Assembly: GCA_903839725.1 (NCBI GenBank)
Contig: CAIMDG010000001.1
Coordinates: forward strand, 173,559-233,314
Length of the DNA stretch: 59,756 nucleotides
Reading direction: 5' to 3'
From: an uncultured bacterium
Lineage (GTDB): Bacteria; Patescibacteriota; Minisyncoccia; Phycocordibacterales; PALSA-1337
The notes under the pieces were generated by a model that was not told the origin of the DNA, did no database searches, and worked only from the letters and a program-made list of their open reading frames with translations. The position numbers and the translations under genes are program-made. Below are positions 55,515-59,756 of this stretch, piece by piece (the first letter of the stretch is position 1; the number at the start of each line of letters is the position of its first letter).

Positions 55515-56156
55515 ATGTCACGATTGATACGCTCAATTACGAATGACTTCAGTTTGGAATCAAAGGAAGTGTCGCATGAAGAATGGCCGACGGTCAGCTC
55601 GAGTCTTCTCTGGCTCATTCTCTTCTGGATTTCCTTCATCAGTTTTTGTTTTACGCTCGGGTCTGACGGAGGGTCGAATGCCGGTTTTTATTCACAACTG
55701 ATCTTTGGTATTTCATTCGCCTGTTTGACGTATGAAGATTTGCATAAACGCGAACCACTGGAAACTGATGAGTGGACCATCCTTTCACACGCTTACGGAA
55801 TTTTCCTCTCCCTGTTCTACATTGGATGGAAGAATCACGTATGCGACGGGTCTATCCTGGCCTGGCTGATTGTAATAGGACTTTCAGCCTCTCTCACGCA
55901 CAAAGTCTCGCAAGGTTTTGCATACTTCCTCAACCACTATGACGAGGACAGTGAACCGAGGGATGTTCAAGGGTTCTTTAATCGCATCATTCTCCATTCA
56001 TGGATCGGTGCTTTTGTTATTGTAATTTTCGGCATTGTTGCCGCAATCTTCAAAAGCATGTGGAACCTCTTGTGTCTTGCAGGAAGAACAGGACAAAGCA
56101 TACTCGACTACTTCGTGCGTCGCTACAAGAGTCGCATAGAAGATGTGATCGACTAA
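55515..56156 (+). CDS. Hypothetical multi-TM membrane protein
   Basis: 213-aa ORF with several hydrophobic helices. Confidence 0.5.
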   Translation: MSRLIRSITNDFSLESKEVSHEEWPTVSSSLLWLILFWISFISFCFTLGSDGGSNAGFYSQLIFGISFACLTYEDLHKREPLETDEWTILSHAYGIFLSLFYIGWKNHVCDGSILAWLIVIGLSASLTHKVSQGFAYFLNHYDEDSEPRDVQGFFNRIILHSWIGAFVIVIFGIVAAIFKSMWNLLCLAGRTGQSILDYFVRRYKSRIEDVID

Positions 56157-56220
56157 AGTATCGCTCAAGAAACGCAAAGCCGGACTACATGCCCGGCTTT
56201 TTTCTATATAAAACTTATAT

Positions 56221-58818
56221 TTATTTTTTGAGCATCTTCTTTAAATACCCGCCTGTATAACTCTTTTCATTCGCAGCGACATCCTCAGGTGTTCCCTTTG
56301 CTATGATTTTTCCTCCACGTTCGCCACCTTCTGGTCCAATATCGATGACATAGTCAGCATTCTTGATGAGATCAAGGTTGTGTTCAATAACAACCACAGT
56401 ATTTCCCTTGTCGACTAATTTTTGCAAAATATCTATCAATTTTTCTACATCTGCATAGTGCAAACCAACTGTCGGCTCATCAAGCAAGTAAATAGTCTTC
56501 TGGAGATGAGCGCGATAGAGTTCTGATGAAATTTTGACGCGTTGAGCTTCGCCGCCAGACAATGTAGTTGCTGATTGGCCGAGCTTCACATATCCAAGAC
56601 CAACGTCCATAAGTGTCTTCAAACGATCTTCAACTGCAGGAATATCCTTGAAGAATTCAAGAGCTTCTTCGATAGTGAGATCGAGGACTTCTGAAATATT
56701 CCTTTTGCGATATTTGATATCGAGAGTCTCTTTGGTGAAGCGTTTACCATTACATACATCACAGGTGACATACACAGTTGGTAAGAAGTGCATTTCAACA
56801 GCAATTTCACCATTTCCTTCACACGCTTCACAGCGTCCACCAGGACGATTGAATGAGAATCTACCTGCACCCCATCCTCGAGCACGTGCTTCTGGCTCTG
56901 AAGCAAACAAATCACGTATATGAGTCCATGAACCGGTGTATGTTGCAGGATTCGAACGAGGTGTACGACCGATTGGACTTTGGTCAATCAAAATGACACG
57001 ACTCACATATTCTGAACCTTTAAATTCTTTACAATTGATCACATCATTACTGCGATGTCTCATTTCGAGACGTGCGGCAAGATTGCGGTGAAGGATTTCA
57101 TACATGAGTGAAGATTTACCTGAACCAGAGACACCTGTAATTGCATTCAAGGTTCCGAGTGGAATATCAACATTCAAATCTTTAATATTGAACACGTTTC
57201 CTCCACGAATCATGATCTTGCCTTTTGGTTCACGACGTTTACCTGGTACGGCGATTTTTGCTTCACCGCGTAGATACGAAAGTGTAAGTGAGTTGGATGT
57301 ATTTTTCTTTGCTGTTAATAAATCATCAAGGTATCCAGCAACTACAACTTCACCGCCATGCACACCGGCACCAGGACCAATATCAACGATATAATCAGAT
57401 GCAAACATAGTATCCTCATCATGTTCAACCACAACAATAGTATTACCGAGATCACGCAGGCGGATCAACGTCTTGATGAGACGATCATTATCGCGTTGAT
57501 GCAAACCAATCGTTGGTTCATCGAGTACGTAAAGTGCCCCAACGAGTCCTGAACCGAGCTGTGAAGCAAGGCGAATACGCTGTGCCTCACCACCAGAAAG
57601 TGTATGTGCGCGTCGTTCGAGTGTGAGGTACTCGATACCGACATTCACCATGAATGAAAGACGCGACTGGATTTCTTTCAAAATAACTTTTGCAATCTCT
57701 CGTTCTGCATCAGTAATTTTTATAGTATCAAAGTAGGTTACTGCCTTTTCAATAGACATCGAAGTTACATCAACAATATTTTTATCGACAATTTTCACAT
57801 TCAAAGCCTCGTCACGGAGACGTGCACCCTTACAGACTTTACAAATCTCTTCTGCGAAGAACCCTTCGGTGCCAAGACCATTACATGCGACGCATGCACC
57901 ATAGGGAGAGTTAAATGAGAATAAACGAGGTTCAACTTCTGGATATGAGAAACCATCATATGGACACATGAATTTAACAGACATGAGTTGTTCCTCACCT
58001 TCACGATATTCAATACGAATAAGACCATCTGCTTCTTGTATAGCGCGTTCGAGGGCCTCTGAGAGACGCTCGTGGCCATCACTTCCCTTGGTGACATCCT
58101 TGAGTTCACTTACGAATATTTCATCAACAAGCACATCGATATCGTGTTTCTTGTTTTTTTCAAGAACAATTTGATCGCGAAGTTTCATGATCTTTCCATC
58201 AATACGAACACGATCATATCCTTTACCGAGAAGATCATAAAGCATCTGATAGTATTCACCTTTGCGTCCAACAACGACTGGAGCATAAATGCGAACTTTG
58301 GCACTTGAAATATCAACACCATATACTTTCTTGGCTTTGGTAGTTTTTGAAGTCACAGTCTTCAATATTGTGTCGAGAATTTCTTCTTTGGAAATGCGAC
58401 TGATCAAACGACCACACGTGAGACAATGTGGCTTTCCAACACGGGCAAATAGAATACGGAGATAATCATAGATTTCAGTGATAGTTGCGACAGTTGAACG
58501 AGGATTATTTGAACGAGATTTCTGATCAATGGCGATGGCTGGAGATAGTCCAGTGATCTCATCGACATCTGGCTTTTGCATCTTATGCAAAAATTGGCGA
58601 GCATATGCGGACAATGACTCAACGTAACGACGCTGACCTTCAGCGAAGATGGTATCAAATGCTAATGATGATTTTCCTGAACCAGAGAGGCCGGTAATGG
58701 CAATCATGGTGTTGCGAGGCATTTCAACAGTGATGTTTTTGAGGTTGTGGGTGCGAGCACCTTTGACGATGATTTTTTCTTCACCGTGAATGGGTGTATG
58801 TTTTCGTGCGGGTGTCAT
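56221..58818 (-). CDS. uvrA: Excinuclease ABC subunit A
   Basis: Two ABC modules ([35 protein letters not shown] twice) and zinc-finger Cys clusters. Confidence 0.95.
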   Translation of the reverse strand: MTPARKHTPIHGEEKIIVKGARTHNLKNITVEMPRNTMIAITGLSGSGKSSLAFDTIFAEGQRRYVESLSAYARQFLHKMQKPDVDEITGLSPAIAIDQKSRSNNPRSTVATITEIYDYLRILFARVGKPHCLTCGRLISRISKEEILDTILKTVTSKTTKAKKVYGVDISSAKVRIYAPVVVGRKGEYYQMLYDLLGKGYDRVRIDGKIMKLRDQIVLEKNKKHDIDVLVDEIFVSELKDVTKGSDGHERLSEALERAIQEADGLIRIEYREGEEQLMSVKFMCPYDGFSYPEVEPRLFSFNSPYGACVACNGLGTEGFFAEEICKVCKGARLRDEALNVKIVDKNIVDVTSMSIEKAVTYFDTIKITDAEREIAKVILKEIQSRLSFMVNVGIEYLTLERRAHTLSGGEAQRIRLASQLGSGLVGALYVLDEPTIGLHQRDNDRLIKTLIRLRDLGNTIVVVEHDEDTMFASDYIVDIGPGAGVHGGEVVVAGYLDDLLTAKKNTSNSLTLSYLRGEAKIAVPGKRREPKGKIMIRGGNVFNIKDLNVDIPLGTLNAITGVSGSGKSSLMYEILHRNLAARLEMRHRSNDVINCKEFKGSEYVSRVILIDQSPIGRTPRSNPATYTGSWTHIRDLFASEPEARARGWGAGRFSFNRPGGRCEACEGNGEIAVEMHFLPTVYVTCDVCNGKRFTKETLDIKYRKRNISEVLDLTIEEALEFFKDIPAVEDRLKTLMDVGLGYVKLGQSATTLSGGEAQRVKISSELYRAHLQKTIYLLDEPTVGLHYADVEKLIDILQKLVDKGNTVVVIEHNLDLIKNADYVIDIGPEGGERGGKIIAKGTPEDVAANEKSYTGGYLKKMLKK

Positions 58819-58873
58819 AGTGGGCGGATAATATCACATTTTTGGTGATATTACAACAGTATTTGGAGATTCA

Positions 58874-58996
58874 CACCCCTCGTATAACTAAGCTTTCTTC
58901 CGTCGCCTGCGGGCGCTGATCGCTGGGCCTCCGTCGGCCCGACTCACTAGTCGCCATCCTCGGTGCACTACAGAAAGCTTAGTTATACGAGGGGTG
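58874..58996. repeat. 25-bp perfect inverted repeat around a 73-nt, 70% GC core
   Basis: Left arm cacccctcgtataactaagctttct (58874-58898), right arm agaaagcttagttatacgaggggtg (58972-58996). The core contains several short GC hairpins. Confidence 0.8.
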
Positions 58997-59112
58997 CCTC
59001 ACCTGCCAAATCATCATTGGCGAACATAGATATGTACCTAAAGGCTAGGATAATGAGACGATATCCCGCTGGGAATTGTTTCAGGAAGAAGAGTGTCGTA
59101 CCTGAGTTCCAA

Positions 59113-59370
59113 CTATCTATTGAGATGTTTTCTCATCCACCACTTCTTTATGATAGGTAATGACTGGGTAGAAAGCACGTAACCAATGGTAGGAATAAGT
59201 GCACTTAGAAGAAAATTTGATATACCGATGAAATATAAGACAAGGGTCGCAACTATATAGGTAACGATAGCGATTGAAACTTTTCTGAAGAAACTGACTT
59301 CCCATGATTTTTCGGCCTCGACACGTAGATTACGTTCTTTGAGTTGTAGAATTTCTTGTTCGAGATCCAT
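59113..59370 (-). CDS. Small membrane protein (coiled coil plus two TM segments)
   Basis: 85-aa ORF downstream of the response regulator. Confidence 0.5.
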   Translation of the reverse strand: MDLEQEILQLKERNLRVEAEKSWEVSFFRKVSIAIVTYIVATLVLYFIGISNFLLSALIPTIGYVLSTQSLPIIKKWWMRKHLNR

Positions 59371-59377
59371 GGCAGTA

Positions 59378-59756
59378 TTATTTGATCATATTATTTATCT
59401 CATCAATGATTTGGTCGAGAGACAGCGCGGCTTTGACGAAGAATCGCTGAACGCCCATCATTTTTGCTTTTTCGATATCACTTGGTTTGCTGAGGTTCGA
59501 AAGGATCATCACAGGTATTTTACTCAATTGTGAATTTGATTTTATTTTCTGCAAAATATCGAAACCACTCATTCCGGGGAGCATGAGATCAACAATGATA
59601 GCATCGGGAATAAAATTCTTGACTGCTTTGAGTGCATCTTCACCGTTAGTAGCATGAAGTAGGTTGAATCCTGAACTAATAATCTTTTTTCCGAGAATAG
59701 TACCAATAAGCTTATCGTCTTCAACCCACAATATCTTTTTACGTGGATCAGAAGTA
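59378..59756 (-). CDS. Response regulator receiver domain protein (5' end beyond window)
   Basis: KKILWVEDD, IVDLMLPGMSG and the KPSD region are CheY-like. The reading frame stays open to the right edge. Confidence 0.8.
   Translation of the reverse strand, partial: TSDPRKKILWVEDDKLIGTILGKKIISSGFNLLHATNGEDALKAVKNFIPDAIIVDLMLPGMSGFDILQKIKSNSQLSKIPVMILSNLSKPSDIEKAKMMGVQRFFVKAALSLDQIIDEINNMIK

Noticed and set aside
58899-58971. The 73-nt GC-rich core as a tRNA gene
   Set aside because: The length is suggestive, but no cloverleaf, T-loop (TTCRANY) or D-loop consensus can be drawn on either strand.
1-59756. CRISPR arrays, rRNA genes, IS elements with transposases
   Set aside because: I noticed no regularly spaced short direct repeats, no rRNA-like conserved blocks and no transposase-like ORFs. 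The only recombinase seen is the tyrosine integrase at 7526-8443.

Overview
Low-GC window (about 38% G+C by hand counts on sample lines) with few Shine-Dalgarno sequences. It looks like a small-genome, Patescibacteria/CPR-like bacterium, judging from the sigma-region-4-like HTH protein and the short UvrC; this assignment is inference. Housekeeping genes sit at both ends: mltG (partial), leuS, then ychF, folC, zwf, ddl, uvrC, uvrA, tRNA-Ala, a histidine kinase and a response regulator. Between leuS and ychF (about 6.1-44.0 kb) is an accessory segment, almost all on the minus strand. It has four parts. (i) An RNA/hairpin-dense non-coding stretch. (ii) A tyrosine integrase. (iii) A cargo island holding a divergent PRTase-like gene, a TrpR-like gene, SppA, a GCGC-type restriction-modification pair inside a five-gene operon with a 1265-aa unknown protein, a Nudix gene and a PEP-CTERM/HAF-repeat gene. 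(iv) A roughly 24.7-kb podovirus-like prophage in the order replication, methylases, terminase, portal, scaffold, capsid, tail, lysis. The best candidate for an undescribed system is the RM-linked operon at 11441-17587: a B3-like small protein, an M.HhaI-like methylase, a HinP1I-like endonuclease, a giant protein with no NTPase motif, and a 51-aa hyper-acidic peptide. Other notable items are a complete Nudix domain inserted in LeuRS, an 18-nt identical motif at three phage late-operon junctions, a 25-bp perfect inverted repeat around a 70% GC core upstream of uvrA, and duplicated and inverted copies of the tRNA-Ala 3' end. No CRISPR array or rRNA was seen. All family assignments come from reading motifs by eye; no searches were run.
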